Source: Dehalococcoidia bacterium
GTDB taxonomy: Bacteria; Chloroflexota; Dehalococcoidia; Bin125
Length of the DNA stretch: 64,000 nt
NCBI GenBank assembly: GCA_963663235.2
Contig: CAXXNO010000004.1
Location: 736,001-800,000 of the forward strand
Direction: 5' to 3'
A program made the translations under genes and the position numbers. The notes under the pieces are model-generated. The model was not told the DNA's origin. It saw only the letters and a program-made list of their open reading frames with translations, and made no database searches. Below are positions 39,421-48,704 of this stretch, one piece after another; positions within the stretch are counted from its first letter, which is position 1, and every line of letters starts with the position of its first letter.

Positions 39421-41910
39421 ATGGCGAAATGGAGCATTCCGACAGTGAGGCGGGCGTTTGCGGCGGTCGTGCTTGTCGCGATCGTCGCCGCGACTTCCCT
39501 GGTCGGTGACGCCGCCGCCCAAGCGCCGGGCCCGCCCAGCAAGGGGTCGGCAGCGCCGGCAGGGCTCATCGGCCCGCTGGCGGACCTGTCCCTGCAAAGC
39601 ACACGCCTTGAGGCGGCCGCGCAAAGCGTTGCGCCGGGGGCGCAGACATCGCGAGCGGAGCGGATCGCCGCCTGGACTGCGCTGGGGCAGTTGCGGATCG
39701 ACGACGGGGGAGCGGCGCAGGTGCGCGCCCTGATCGAAGGGGAAGGCCCGGACGCGGAGGCGCTGGCGGCCATGGGCGTGGTGGTGGAGCACTCTTTCCC
39801 CGCGTATGGCCTGGCGCAGTACTGGGTGCCGCAGGAGTCGTTGGCCGCGGTGGCGCGGCTGGACGGCGTCGTGTCGCTCAGCCCTCCGCGCTACGCGTTT
39901 GGTCAGAGCGGCTCCCTGCTCAGCGAAGGGGACGGCGTGCATCGGGCGGATGAAGCGCGCGAGCGCTTTGGGCTGACGGGCGAGGGAGTGCGCGTGGGGG
40001 TGATCTCGGACGGGATCTTGGGGCTGGAGGAGTCGATTGCGTCGGGCGACGCGCCCGAGTTGTTCGCCTCGGAGAGCTTCATTTCCCTCACGGACCCCGA
40101 CCTGCTCGCCGGCGCCGAGGGCACCGCGATGATCGAGATCGTGCACGACATGGCGCCGGGCGCCGCGCTCTCTTTCGCCAACACGGACACCGACCTGGGC
40201 ATGATCGATGCAGTGAACTTCCTGGCCGAGCGGAACGACATTGTGGTCGACGACCTGGGCTTTTTCTTTCCGGCGAACGGACTGAGCGCCGTATCGCGCA
40301 ATACGGCGACCGCGCTCAACAACCCCGAGTGGCCGATCCGCGCGTACTTCACGGCCGTGGGCAACAGCGCACAGCAGCACTACCGAGAGCCGTTCGATCC
40401 GGTATCGCCGTTCGGCCTGCGGCTGGAGACGCCGGGCCAGGTCCAGAGCTTCCACGCGACCGATCAGACGAGCGACGTCCTGGGTCGGGGCACCCAGCAA
40501 TATAACGAAATCTTCCTGGACACCAACACGGGGGTGCTCCTGTTGCTCTTCTGGGACGCGCTCCCCGGCGAGTACGAGAGCGACTACGACCTCTACTTGC
40601 TCGACACCTCAAACCGGATCGTCGAGGCCAGCGCGGCGGGACAAACGGCCGTCCGTGGGGAGCCGTTCGAAGCGATCGCCTTTACGAACACGGGGCCATC
40701 GGACTTCTTCCGCGTGGTGGTGCAGAACTTCGCGGACCTGTCACCCCCGCACACGATTGAACTGTTCGCCTTCTTCGCGCCGCCGCTCCCCGTGCCGCAA
40801 CTAGAGGCGCAGCCGCCTGTGTTCAACTACAACACGCCGGCGGGCAGCATTATCGGGCAGGGCGACGCGGGCGGGGGCGTGATCTCCGTGGGCGCCGTAG
40901 ATCAAGAGACGCCCAATGCGATCGAGTTCTTCAGCAGCCACGGCCCCACCGCCGACGGCCGCATGAAGCCCGAGATCGTGGCAGTGGACGGTGTGACGGT
41001 CACGGGCCACGGCGGCTTCGGAAGGCCGATCGACGAGAGCGACGCCGCCGCGGGCAGCCGCTTTTTCGGCTCCAGCGCCGCGGCCCCGCACGCGGCCGCC
41101 ATGGCCGCCCTGCTGGCAGAGGCGCGCCCGGAGCTGCTGGGTCCCGACGGCGACGCAGCCAACGAGCGGGCGCTCTTACGCGCGCTGATCCTGAACAGCG
41201 CGTTCGACCTCGGCGAGCCGGGCCCGGAGAACGTCTTTGGCTATGGCCGAGCAGACACGCTCGCGGCGCTCGAGCTCTTGCCGGTGGCGGGCTTCGCGAT
41301 CCCGGAGACGCAGCGGGTCCCGATTGGCGGATCGTCAACGGTGACGGTCACCGTGCTGGACATCAACGGCAACCCGTACTCGGGCGCCGTGGTGGAGCTC
41401 AGCGGTCCCGAGGACCAGCCGCTCCTTGCGGCAGCGGTCGGCTCGGAGTTGACAGCGGCGGCCGTCACAACCACCACCACTGCCGCCGACGGCCAAGTGG
41501 GGGTGCGCTTCGACGGCCGGAGCCTTGGCGTTGAGGAGATCACGTTCCGGGTGCTGCTGGGCTTCGCCGGGGAGCTGGTAGAGACCGGCATCGGGGGAAC
41601 GATCCAGGTGGACATCGTCCAAGCGCAGGGCTGGATCGACCGAGTGCCGCTCCAGCCGGGCTGGAACAACGTCGGTTGGGGCGGCCGGCCAACGCCGGCC
41701 GAGGAGGCGCTGGCGCCGATCGCGCCGGCCATCGGGAGGGTCTGGGCCTGGGTTCCGGCGACGCAGACGTGGCTGAGCTGGTCACCCCGGGCCCCCGCCG
41801 TGGTGAACACGCTCAGCGTGATCCAGAGCGGGCAGTCGCTGTGGATCTTGGTGACGGCACGGCAGACGATTTTCTGGGAGCCACCGTCGCCATCGATCGC
41901 CGACGATTAG
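39421..41910 (+). CDS. Secreted subtilase (S8/S53-like) with Ig-like and C-terminal GWN-type domains
   Basis: Signal peptide; G.GVRVGVISDG, EGTAMIEIVHD.APGA, FSS.GPT.DGR.KPE, FFGSSAAAPH, FGYG. Confidence 0.85.
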   Translation: MAKWSIPTVRRAFAAVVLVAIVAATSLVGDAAAQAPGPPSKGSAAPAGLIGPLADLSLQSTRLEAAAQSVAPGAQTSRAERIAAWTALGQLRIDDGGAAQVRALIEGEGPDAEALAAMGVVVEHSFPAYGLAQYWVPQESLAAVARLDGVVSLSPPRYAFGQSGSLLSEGDGVHRADEARERFGLTGEGVRVGVISDGILGLEESIASGDAPELFASESFISLTDPDLLAGAEGTAMIEIVHDMAPGAALSFANTDTDLGMIDAVNFLAERNDIVVDDLGFFFPANGLSAVSRNTATALNNPEWPIRAYFTAVGNSAQQHYREPFDPVSPFGLRLETPGQVQSFHATDQTSDVLGRGTQQYNEIFLDTNTGVLLLLFWDALPGEYESDYDLYLLDTSNRIVEASAAGQTAVRGEPFEAIAFTNTGPSDFFRVVVQNFADLSPPHTIELFAFFAPPLPVPQLEAQPPVFNYNTPAGSIIGQGDAGGGVISVGAVDQETPNAIEFFSSHGPTADGRMKPEIVAVDGVTVTGHGGFGRPIDESDAAAGSRFFGSSAAAPHAAAMAALLAEARPELLGPDGDAANERALLRALILNSAFDLGEPGPENVFGYGRADTLAALELLPVAGFAIPETQRVPIGGSSTVTVTVLDINGNPYSGAVVELSGPEDQPLLAAAVGSELTAAAVTTTTTAADGQVGVRFDGRSLGVEEITFRVLLGFAGELVETGIGGTIQVDIVQAQGWIDRVPLQPGWNNVGWGGRPTPAEEALAPIAPAIGRVWAWVPATQTWLSWSPRAPAVVNTLSVIQSGQSLWILVTARQTIFWEPPSPSIADD

Positions 41911-41935
41911 CGAGGACATCGGTAGAGGGCGCGCG

Positions 41936-42895
41936 ATGCAGAAGCCCGGCTTCCTCTTCTCCGCCGCCCCCGGGCATCGAAAGGCGATGATCGCCGTCGC
42001 GCAGGAGCTAGACCGGCGCGGCTTCTCGACGATCTATTGCACCCACGGGGCAGGTGGCAGCATCCCGCCGGGCCAAGCGCATATCGCACGGCCGTACGAG
42101 ATCCCCGCGCCCTACGACGCGCTGGGCCAGTGCCTGGCACTGGCCCAGGCGACGGAGCGGATCACGATCGCGAGCGGCATCGCCGTGACGTATACCCGAC
42201 ACCCCACCGAGATGGTGGCGACGGCGAACCTGATCCACGAGATCAGCGGGGGGCGGTTCATCCTGGGGCTGGGGCCCGGGCACAACGCGATCCTGGAGCG
42301 ATTCGGCTACCGGCCGGAGAAGCCCCTGGGCCACATGCGACGGTACGTGGAGGCGCTGCGCGCCGCCGCGCCGGACCGGCCGCTGCCGCCGATCATGTTC
42401 TCCGCCCTGCGCAAGAGGATGGTGCGGCTGGCGGGCGAGTTGGTGGATGGGGTGATCTGGGCGAACGCGGCGCGCTCGCACATGGCGGAATCGCTCAAGG
42501 AGGTTCCAGCGGAGAAGCGGGAGGGGTTCCTGGTCGGGAACCTGGCGCCGGCCTACGTCTCCGAGGACCGGGGCGAGGCGCTGGCCGCGGTGCGGCGGGC
42601 GCTGAGCAACTACCTGACGCTGCCCAACTACCAGCGCTACTTCATCGAGGCGGGGTACGAGGAAGAGGTGGTGCGGGGGCGGGCGGCGCTGGAAGCGGAT
42701 TCGCAGCCAGCGCTGGAGGCGTCGATCTCCGAGCGGATGGCGGAGGACATCGCCGTGTTCGGGACGGCGTCGGAGGTGCGGGGGCAGGTGGAGGCCTGGG
42801 AGGCGGCGGGCGTGAACCAGATGTGCCTCTCGACGCTGTTCCACAGCAAGGACCAAGCGAAGGCGGTGATGCGGGTCGCGGCCGCGTTCGATTAG
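41936..42895 (+). CDS. LLM-class oxidoreductase (tandem paralogue 1)
   Basis: SGGRFILGLG, MVRLAGELVDG. Confidence 0.85.
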   Translation: MQKPGFLFSAAPGHRKAMIAVAQELDRRGFSTIYCTHGAGGSIPPGQAHIARPYEIPAPYDALGQCLALAQATERITIASGIAVTYTRHPTEMVATANLIHEISGGRFILGLGPGHNAILERFGYRPEKPLGHMRRYVEALRAAAPDRPLPPIMFSALRKRMVRLAGELVDGVIWANAARSHMAESLKEVPAEKREGFLVGNLAPAYVSEDRGEALAAVRRALSNYLTLPNYQRYFIEAGYEEEVVRGRAALEADSQPALEASISERMAEDIAVFGTASEVRGQVEAWEAAGVNQMCLSTLFHSKDQAKAVMRVAAAFD

Positions 42896-42928
42896 GGGCG
42901 ACTCGGGCCGATTAGGGGCGACTCGGGC
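42889..42928. repeat. Perfect 20-bp tandem duplication (CGATTAGGGGCGACTCGGGC x2)
   Basis: Read directly; spans the stop codon of paralogue 1. Confidence 0.9.
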
Positions 42929-43028
42929 GCGCCGATCCGGGCCTCGGGTTTGGCGACGGGTCGGACGTGGAGTGTTGCACGGGGATGAAGCCGCGGGTAG
43001 CCTCACTCGCACCAGTGGAGGGTGTGCC

Positions 43029-44003
43029 ATGACGAAACCGGGATTCCTGTTCTACGCCGTCCCCGGCCAGCGCAAAGCGATGATCGAAGCGGCGCAGGAG
43101 CTGGACCGGCGCGGCTTCCCTTACATCTACTGCAATCACGGGTCGGCACGGGTCATCCAAGAGCCCAGCGCCGAGGAGAAGGCGAAGGGTGTTGCACAGA
43201 CGTACCTGGGCACGGCTTGGACCGACGGGCTGAGCCACAGTCTGGCGATCGGGATGGCGACGAAGCAGATCACGATCGGGACAGGGATCGAGGTCACGTA
43301 CACGCGCCATCCGCACGAGATGATCGGCATCGGCAACTACATCAACGAGGTCTGCGACGGGCGCTTCATCCTGGGCATCGGGCCGGGGCACAACGAGATC
43401 CTGCGGCAGTTCGACTTTCCGATCGAAAAGCCGCTGGGGCACATGCGGCGGTACACGGAAGAGATGCGGACGGCGGCCGCGGGGCAACCGACGCCGCCGA
43501 TCATCTTCTCCGTGCTGCGGCAGAAGATGGTGGGGCTGGCGGGCGAGATTGCCGACGGCGTGATCTGGGCGAACGCCGTGCTCTCGCACCTGCCGACGTC
43601 GCTGAAACAGGTGCCGGCCGAGAAGCGGGATCGATTCATCGTGGCGAACCTGGCGCCGGCCTACGTGTCGGAGGATCGGGGGGAGGCGCTGGCGGCGGTG
43701 CGTATTGCGCTGACGAACTACCTGTCGCTGACCAACTACCAGCGCTACTTTATCGAAGCGGGCTACGAGGAAGAGGTCGAGCGGGCGCGGGCGGCGATGG
43801 CGGCGGACGACCAAGCGGCGCTGGCGGCGGCGGTGTCGGAGCGGATGGCGGAGGACATCGCCGTGTTCGGGACGCCGGCGCAGGTGCGCGAGAAGATCGA
43901 GGCGTTCCAGGCCGCGGGCGTGAACCAGATGTGCCTCTCGACGCTCTTTCACAGCGAAAACCAAGCCAAGGCGATCCTGCGAGTGGCGGACGCGTTCGAC
44001 TAG
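43029..44003 (+). CDS. LLM-class oxidoreductase (tandem paralogue 2)
   Basis: MTKPGFLF; highly similar to the gene at 41936. Confidence 0.85.
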   Translation: MTKPGFLFYAVPGQRKAMIEAAQELDRRGFPYIYCNHGSARVIQEPSAEEKAKGVAQTYLGTAWTDGLSHSLAIGMATKQITIGTGIEVTYTRHPHEMIGIGNYINEVCDGRFILGIGPGHNEILRQFDFPIEKPLGHMRRYTEEMRTAAAGQPTPPIIFSVLRQKMVGLAGEIADGVIWANAVLSHLPTSLKQVPAEKRDRFIVANLAPAYVSEDRGEALAAVRIALTNYLSLTNYQRYFIEAGYEEEVERARAAMAADDQAALAAAVSERMAEDIAVFGTPAQVREKIEAFQAAGVNQMCLSTLFHSENQAKAILRVADAFD

Positions 44004-44016
44004 ATGTTCGCTTAGG

Positions 44017-44943
44017 ATGGGCAAGCCGGGATTCATCCTCAGCCCAGCGCCGGGCCAGCGCAAGGCGATGATCGACGTGGCGCAGGAGCTGGACCGGCGG
44101 GGCTTTCCGCACGTGCTCTGCCCGCACGAGTACGCCGGCGCGGCGACCGCGGTGGCGCCGTACGACAGCCTCAGCATGTGCACGGCCGTGATCCAGGCGA
44201 CCAAGCGGATGAAGGTGGCAAGCGGCGTGGCCGTGACATACTCGCGGCCCCCGCACGACATGGCGGCGGCGGCGGCCTTCAATCACGAGATCAGCGACGG
44301 CCGGTTCTCCCTGGGCCTGGGCGTCGGCTACGACGGCATCCTGCGGCGGTTCGGCATCGAGAGCGAGCCGCCGCTGCCGCACATGCGGCGGTATGTGGCC
44401 GCGATGCAGGCGTCCGCCCCCGACGAAGTCCTGCCGCCGGTCATCCTGGCCGCGCTCCGTCCCGGGATGATGCGCCTGGCGGGGGAGATCGCCGACGGGA
44501 TGGTGGGCGGCTGCTGGGCCCTTTCGTACGTGCGGGAGGCCCTTGCCGCGATCCCGGAGGCGAAGCGGGAGCGGTTCATCGTGGCGAACATTGTGCAGGT
44601 CTATCCGTGCGAGGATCGCAGCGAAGGGCTGGCGTTCATGCGGCGGCTGCTGGGCGCGTTCATGAAGATGCCCAGCTATCCCCAGTACTTCATCGCGGCG
44701 GGGTTCGCGGACGAGGTGGAGCGAGCAGGCGCCGCCCTGGAGATAGATGACCGCGAGGCGCTGTGGGCGTCGATCAGCGATCGGATGGCGGAGGAGATGG
44801 GGATCTTCGGGAACGCGTCGACGATGCGGGGGAAGGTGGAGGAGTGGCAAGCGGCGGGCGTGAACTGGCTCACGCTTTCGACGATCTTCGCGGACAAGGA
44901 CCGCGCCGGGACGATCCTGCGCGTCGCCGACGTCTTCGACTAG
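44017..44943 (+). CDS. LLM-class oxidoreductase (tandem paralogue 3)
   Basis: MGKPGFIL..PGQRKAMI; similar to the two preceding genes. Confidence 0.85.
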   Translation: MGKPGFILSPAPGQRKAMIDVAQELDRRGFPHVLCPHEYAGAATAVAPYDSLSMCTAVIQATKRMKVASGVAVTYSRPPHDMAAAAAFNHEISDGRFSLGLGVGYDGILRRFGIESEPPLPHMRRYVAAMQASAPDEVLPPVILAALRPGMMRLAGEIADGMVGGCWALSYVREALAAIPEAKRERFIVANIVQVYPCEDRSEGLAFMRRLLGAFMKMPSYPQYFIAAGFADEVERAGAALEIDDREALWASISDRMAEEMGIFGNASTMRGKVEEWQAAGVNWLTLSTIFADKDRAGTILRVADVFD

Positions 44944-44957
44944 CGCCGCCGCCACGG

Positions 44958-45995
44958 TCAGGCGAGCAGAACGATGCCCGCGACGGCCACCCCCGTGCCC
45001 AGCACGACCCCAAGGGTCGGCCGCTCCCGCAAGAAGAGAAAGCCCATGGGGAGAGCGAACAGCGGCGATGTCGAGAAGAGGACGGCCGTCTGGCCCGGCC
45101 CGATCTGCTGCAAGGCCCATATAAAGAGGAGCAGGGTCAGGCCCGTGCCCAGGATGCCGGACGCCGCCAGCGCCCCGTGGCCGCGCAGCGAGATGGTGTT
45201 GCGGCGGAGGCTGGAATCTCGACGCCGGTAGGCAAACGCCATCAGGATCAGCACCACCAGCGGCAGGCGGACGACGCCGACGGCGGCCGCATCGAAGTCT
45301 TCCGAGACGCTGCGCAACCAGACGGATGAAATGGCCCAGAAGACGGCGGGCACGAGCATAACCAAGAGCACGGTCAGGAGGCGGGGGCGGAGCCAAGCGG
45401 GACGGAGGAACGCCTCCGGGGGCTCCGGCGGCGGCGCCTCGGCGCCGCTACCCCCCGCGATCGTCGCGGTGCGCCGACGGCGGAGCCAGCGGGCGGGCCA
45501 GCGCCCCGTCGACGGAAGGGAGCCGGAGGCGGAGGGAGCGGCCGGGGGCGTGCCGGACGCAGGGCGGGCGCGCCCGTAGATGGTGACGAGAAAGACGCCC
45601 GCGAGCACCAGGACGGAGCCGAGGGCGACCTCCCAGCTCAGCGTCTCATCCAGCACGAGCACGGCGCCGATGTAGGTGAAGAGGACGTAGACGGCCGTCA
45701 CGCTGGTGAAGGCGCGGGTCATGCCGATCATGGCGACGGTGGCCACATAGCCAGTCTCGCCGATGGCAGAGCCGAGGATGCCCGTCGCCGCGATGGCCAA
45801 CGCATCGCCGACGGACATATGGGCGATGTCCCCGGCGGCGCCGAGCGCGAAGGCCATGACGAGCAGAAAGAGGAGCGCCCAGACGGCGCGCAGCGCAGTA
45901 ATGGAAACGAAGTCGACGCGGGCGGTTTGCGAGGCGAGGAGCGTACTGGAGAGGGCCCAAGCAAAAGCGGAACTGAGCGCGGCAGCGACCCCCAC
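44958..45995 (-). CDS. DMT/EamA family transporter
   Basis: Two EamA halves (AAL.SA..WA; LFS.SPLFA...FLRE); start uncertain. Confidence 0.85.
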   Translation of the reverse strand: MGVAAALSSAFAWALSSTLLASQTARVDFVSITALRAVWALLFLLVMAFALGAAGDIAHMSVGDALAIAATGILGSAIGETGYVATVAMIGMTRAFTSVTAVYVLFTYIGAVLVLDETLSWEVALGSVLVLAGVFLVTIYGRARPASGTPPAAPSASGSLPSTGRWPARWLRRRRTATIAGGSGAEAPPPEPPEAFLRPAWLRPRLLTVLLVMLVPAVFWAISSVWLRSVSEDFDAAAVGVVRLPLVVLILMAFAYRRRDSSLRRNTISLRGHGALAASGILGTGLTLLLFIWALQQIGPGQTAVLFSTSPLFALPMGFLFLRERPTLGVVLGTGVAVAGIVLLA

Positions 45996-46327
45996 GAAGC
46001 AACCCCCCCGGCACGGCCAGCATAGGGAGCCGGGACCAGAGCGCCCATTGCGGGCGGGAGGCCGCGGCGATGGTGTGGTTACGCGGGGTTATGGTTGGCG
46101 GCGGGGCGCGAAAGCGGCTGAAAGAATCTCCGCGGTGGAAAAGATGGCCAGCGTCGCACCGCGAGGTGGTCGCGCCAGCGTCCTGAGTGGTCCCGTCCGC
46201 AGGCGGCGAGGGCGATGGCGCCCCGTGGCCAGCGGCGTATATCTCAGTGGGGAAAGCGACTAGGGTATGGGCCTATACAGAATTGTCCCGACCAGAGCGA
46301 GCCGAAGCGAGCGATAGGAGAAGACGT

Positions 46328-48115
46328 ATGAGCGACCTGAAAAATAAAGTGATGCGACGACGGGTCAGCCGGCGCAGCATTCTGGCGGCGTCGGGCGCGG
46401 CCGGGCTGGGGGCAGCGGGGCTGGCCTTGGTGGGCTGCGGCGACGACGACGACGAAGCGATATCGCAAGCCATTGCGCAGGTGATTGAAGAAGAGGCGGA
46501 GCCCGTCGAGCAGGTGGTGGCAGAGGAAGGCTTCGCGCCGGCGACTGCGGACCGGGTGCCGCCGCGGTCCAGCAAGGACACGGCGCTCCTGGCCATCGCG
46601 GCCACGCCGCTGGCGGTCGACCCCGACTTCGCCCACGGCAGCCCGCAGACGTGGGAAGCCTTTATTAACTTGCAAGACCAGTCGATCAAGTTCGGCTGGG
46701 CGGAGTACCCCTACGACGTGGGGGCGACGGAGCATGTCGGCTACCTGTCGTTCAAAGACGAGGACATCCTGCCGTGGATGCACGAGTCGGTGCCGGAGTT
46801 GAGCGAGGACGGCACGCAAGCGACCCACCGGATCAAGCCGGGCGTGCTGAGCTCCACGGGGAACGAGCTGACGTCGGCGGACTTCGCTTACCGGATCGAC
46901 CGGGCGTTCGGGCTGGGGGCGATCGGCGCGTTCTTCATGAGCATCATATCGGCGGACCCGACCAACCCGGTCGAGATCATCGACAAGTACACCTTCAAGG
47001 TGAACGCCACAGCGCCGAACGGGCTGCTGGCGACGATCTGGGCGAACAGCTTTTGGAACGCCCTGGACTCGGTCGAGGCGCTGGCGAACGCTACGGCGGA
47101 CGACGAGTGGTCCACGGAGTGGTTCGCGCAGAGCGGCGTCGGCTTCGGGAGCATCGCCGTCGAGAGCTTCGGCACGGGCGAGCAGGTGGTGTTCGCGTCA
47201 AACCCGAACTACTTCCGGGGCGAGCAGCCGATTAAGCGGTTGATCTACGACGAGATCCCGTCGGCGTCCAACCGGCTGGCCGCGGTGGCGGCCGGTGAGG
47301 CGGACGCCGCGTACGGGCTCCCGGGCGAGCTGTTCGCCCAGGCGCAGGAAGAGGGGATCCAGAACCCGATCGCGATCAAGGGGAACCTCATCTGGTTCGC
47401 CTTCATGAACTCGCTGCGCGACCCGTACCGCGACCCGCGGACGCGCCAGGCGATGAACTGGGCGACGCCGCGGCAAGATATCCTGGACACGACGTTCGGC
47501 GGGCTGGGTAACCCCTGGACCTCGGTGATGACGTCGATCTGGGAGGGGATCTGCTTGGACTGCGCGCCGTGGGGCGCCGACCCGAACTTCGCCGAGGCCA
47601 ACAAGTTGCTGGACGCGGCGGGGCAGGCGGACGGCTTCGAGGTCACCATTGACACGAACAGCTCGCGGGCGCAGGACGAGCGGATGGCCGTCCTCATGCA
47701 GGACGCGTACAAGAACATCAACGTGAACATGTCCATCAACCCGCAGCCGGAAGGGCCGTTCATCGCCGAGGGCACGGGCAAGCAGAAGACCATGGCGTTC
47801 TGGCAGGACGCCTATATCCAGCCTGACCCGATCTACTTCCTGGCGCTGGGCTACGACGCGGGCTTGAGCGGCATCAACAACTACGGGCAGCTGGACGACC
47901 CGGAGTTGAACGGCCTGCTGGACCGCGGGCGGACGTTGCTGACGGGCGCGGAGCGCGCGGAGATCGCGATCCCGATCCAGGAGCGCGTCGTCGAGCTCTC
48001 GCCGTACATCTGGCTGGTGGAGCCCTTCTACGTCAACGTCATCAACGAGAACTTGCGCGGATGGCGCTGGCACACGACCCAGGAGACGAACTGGTCCGAC
48101 ATGTACTTCGTGTAG
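46328..48115 (+). CDS. ABC substrate-binding protein family 5 (peptide/nickel type), Tat-exported lipoprotein, copy 1
   Basis: SRRSIL twin-Arg, LVGC lipobox, KPGV...GNELT..D, NPNYF, DPRTRQAMN.A. Confidence 0.9.
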   Translation: MSDLKNKVMRRRVSRRSILAASGAAGLGAAGLALVGCGDDDDEAISQAIAQVIEEEAEPVEQVVAEEGFAPATADRVPPRSSKDTALLAIAATPLAVDPDFAHGSPQTWEAFINLQDQSIKFGWAEYPYDVGATEHVGYLSFKDEDILPWMHESVPELSEDGTQATHRIKPGVLSSTGNELTSADFAYRIDRAFGLGAIGAFFMSIISADPTNPVEIIDKYTFKVNATAPNGLLATIWANSFWNALDSVEALANATADDEWSTEWFAQSGVGFGSIAVESFGTGEQVVFASNPNYFRGEQPIKRLIYDEIPSASNRLAAVAAGEADAAYGLPGELFAQAQEEGIQNPIAIKGNLIWFAFMNSLRDPYRDPRTRQAMNWATPRQDILDTTFGGLGNPWTSVMTSIWEGICLDCAPWGADPNFAEANKLLDAAGQADGFEVTIDTNSSRAQDERMAVLMQDAYKNINVNMSINPQPEGPFIAEGTGKQKTMAFWQDAYIQPDPIYFLALGYDAGLSGINNYGQLDDPELNGLLDRGRTLLTGAERAEIAIPIQERVVELSPYIWLVEPFYVNVINENLRGWRWHTTQETNWSDMYFV

Positions 48116-48145
48116 GTCTCCATCGCAGGGTTGGAAGCGAACGAA

Positions 48146-48175
48146 CGAGGGGGCCGCCTGCAGGCGGCCCCCTCG
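48146..48175 (+). terminator. Hairpin terminator after SBP copy 1
   Basis: CGAGGGGGCCGCC-TGCA-GGCGGCCCCCTCG perfect stem; weak U tract. Confidence 0.65.
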
Positions 48176-48472
48176 GCGATCTCTGGTGCTTCGGGTCTCA
48201 GCAGCGGGAGCCGGCCCGAGTGAGGGCTCAGTGCCCGAGCCGGCATCGGGTCCCCAGCGCAGGCTGAGGGATCATGGCCAAGAGCGGCAAGGCCGGAAGC
48301 GCGGGCAGCCGTCGGGCGCCAGCGAGAGCGAGCAGCGTTCCTCGCCGGCGTGGATTCGCCGCCCAGAGGGTCGGAGCGCCTATCAGGGGCGGGAGGCCGC
48401 GGCGATGGTGCTGTTGCATGAAGTTATGTTTAGCAGCGGTGGCGCTGCTCCGGGCCGAACAGTATCACCCAC

Positions 48473-48502
48473 TTGACAGGGCGCGGCGACGGCTGAAAGA
48501 AT
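48473..48502 (+). promoter_or_regulatory. Sigma70-type promoter for SBP copy 2
   Basis: TTGACA, 18-nt spacer ending TG-A, then AAGAAT; the CGGCTGAAAGAATC block is also conserved upstream of copy 1 (46115-46128). Confidence 0.55.
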
Positions 48503-48704
48503 CCGCAGCGCGGGAAAAAGAGGGGCCGGCATGGCACCGGGAGGTGCGTGCGGGTGTCCTGAGTAGTCCCGCCCCGAGCCGTCGAGGGCGATAGAGCTCC
48601 GCAGCTGTGGGCGTTCACCTCTCCGGGGGAGTCCACCAGGGGTGCAAGCCTATGCAGAATTGTCCCGACCAGAGCGAGCCGAAGCGAGCGATAGGAGAAG
48701 ACGT

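Noticed and set aside
42889-42928. 20-bp repeat considered as a CRISPR or att site
   Set aside because: Only two adjacent copies, with no spacer, no cas gene and no integrase.
45996-46023. Possible EamA N-terminal extension through a frameshift in the C7 run
   Set aside because: The GTG at 45995 already gives a complete EamA protein and the upstream ATG has no RBS; unresolved without reads.
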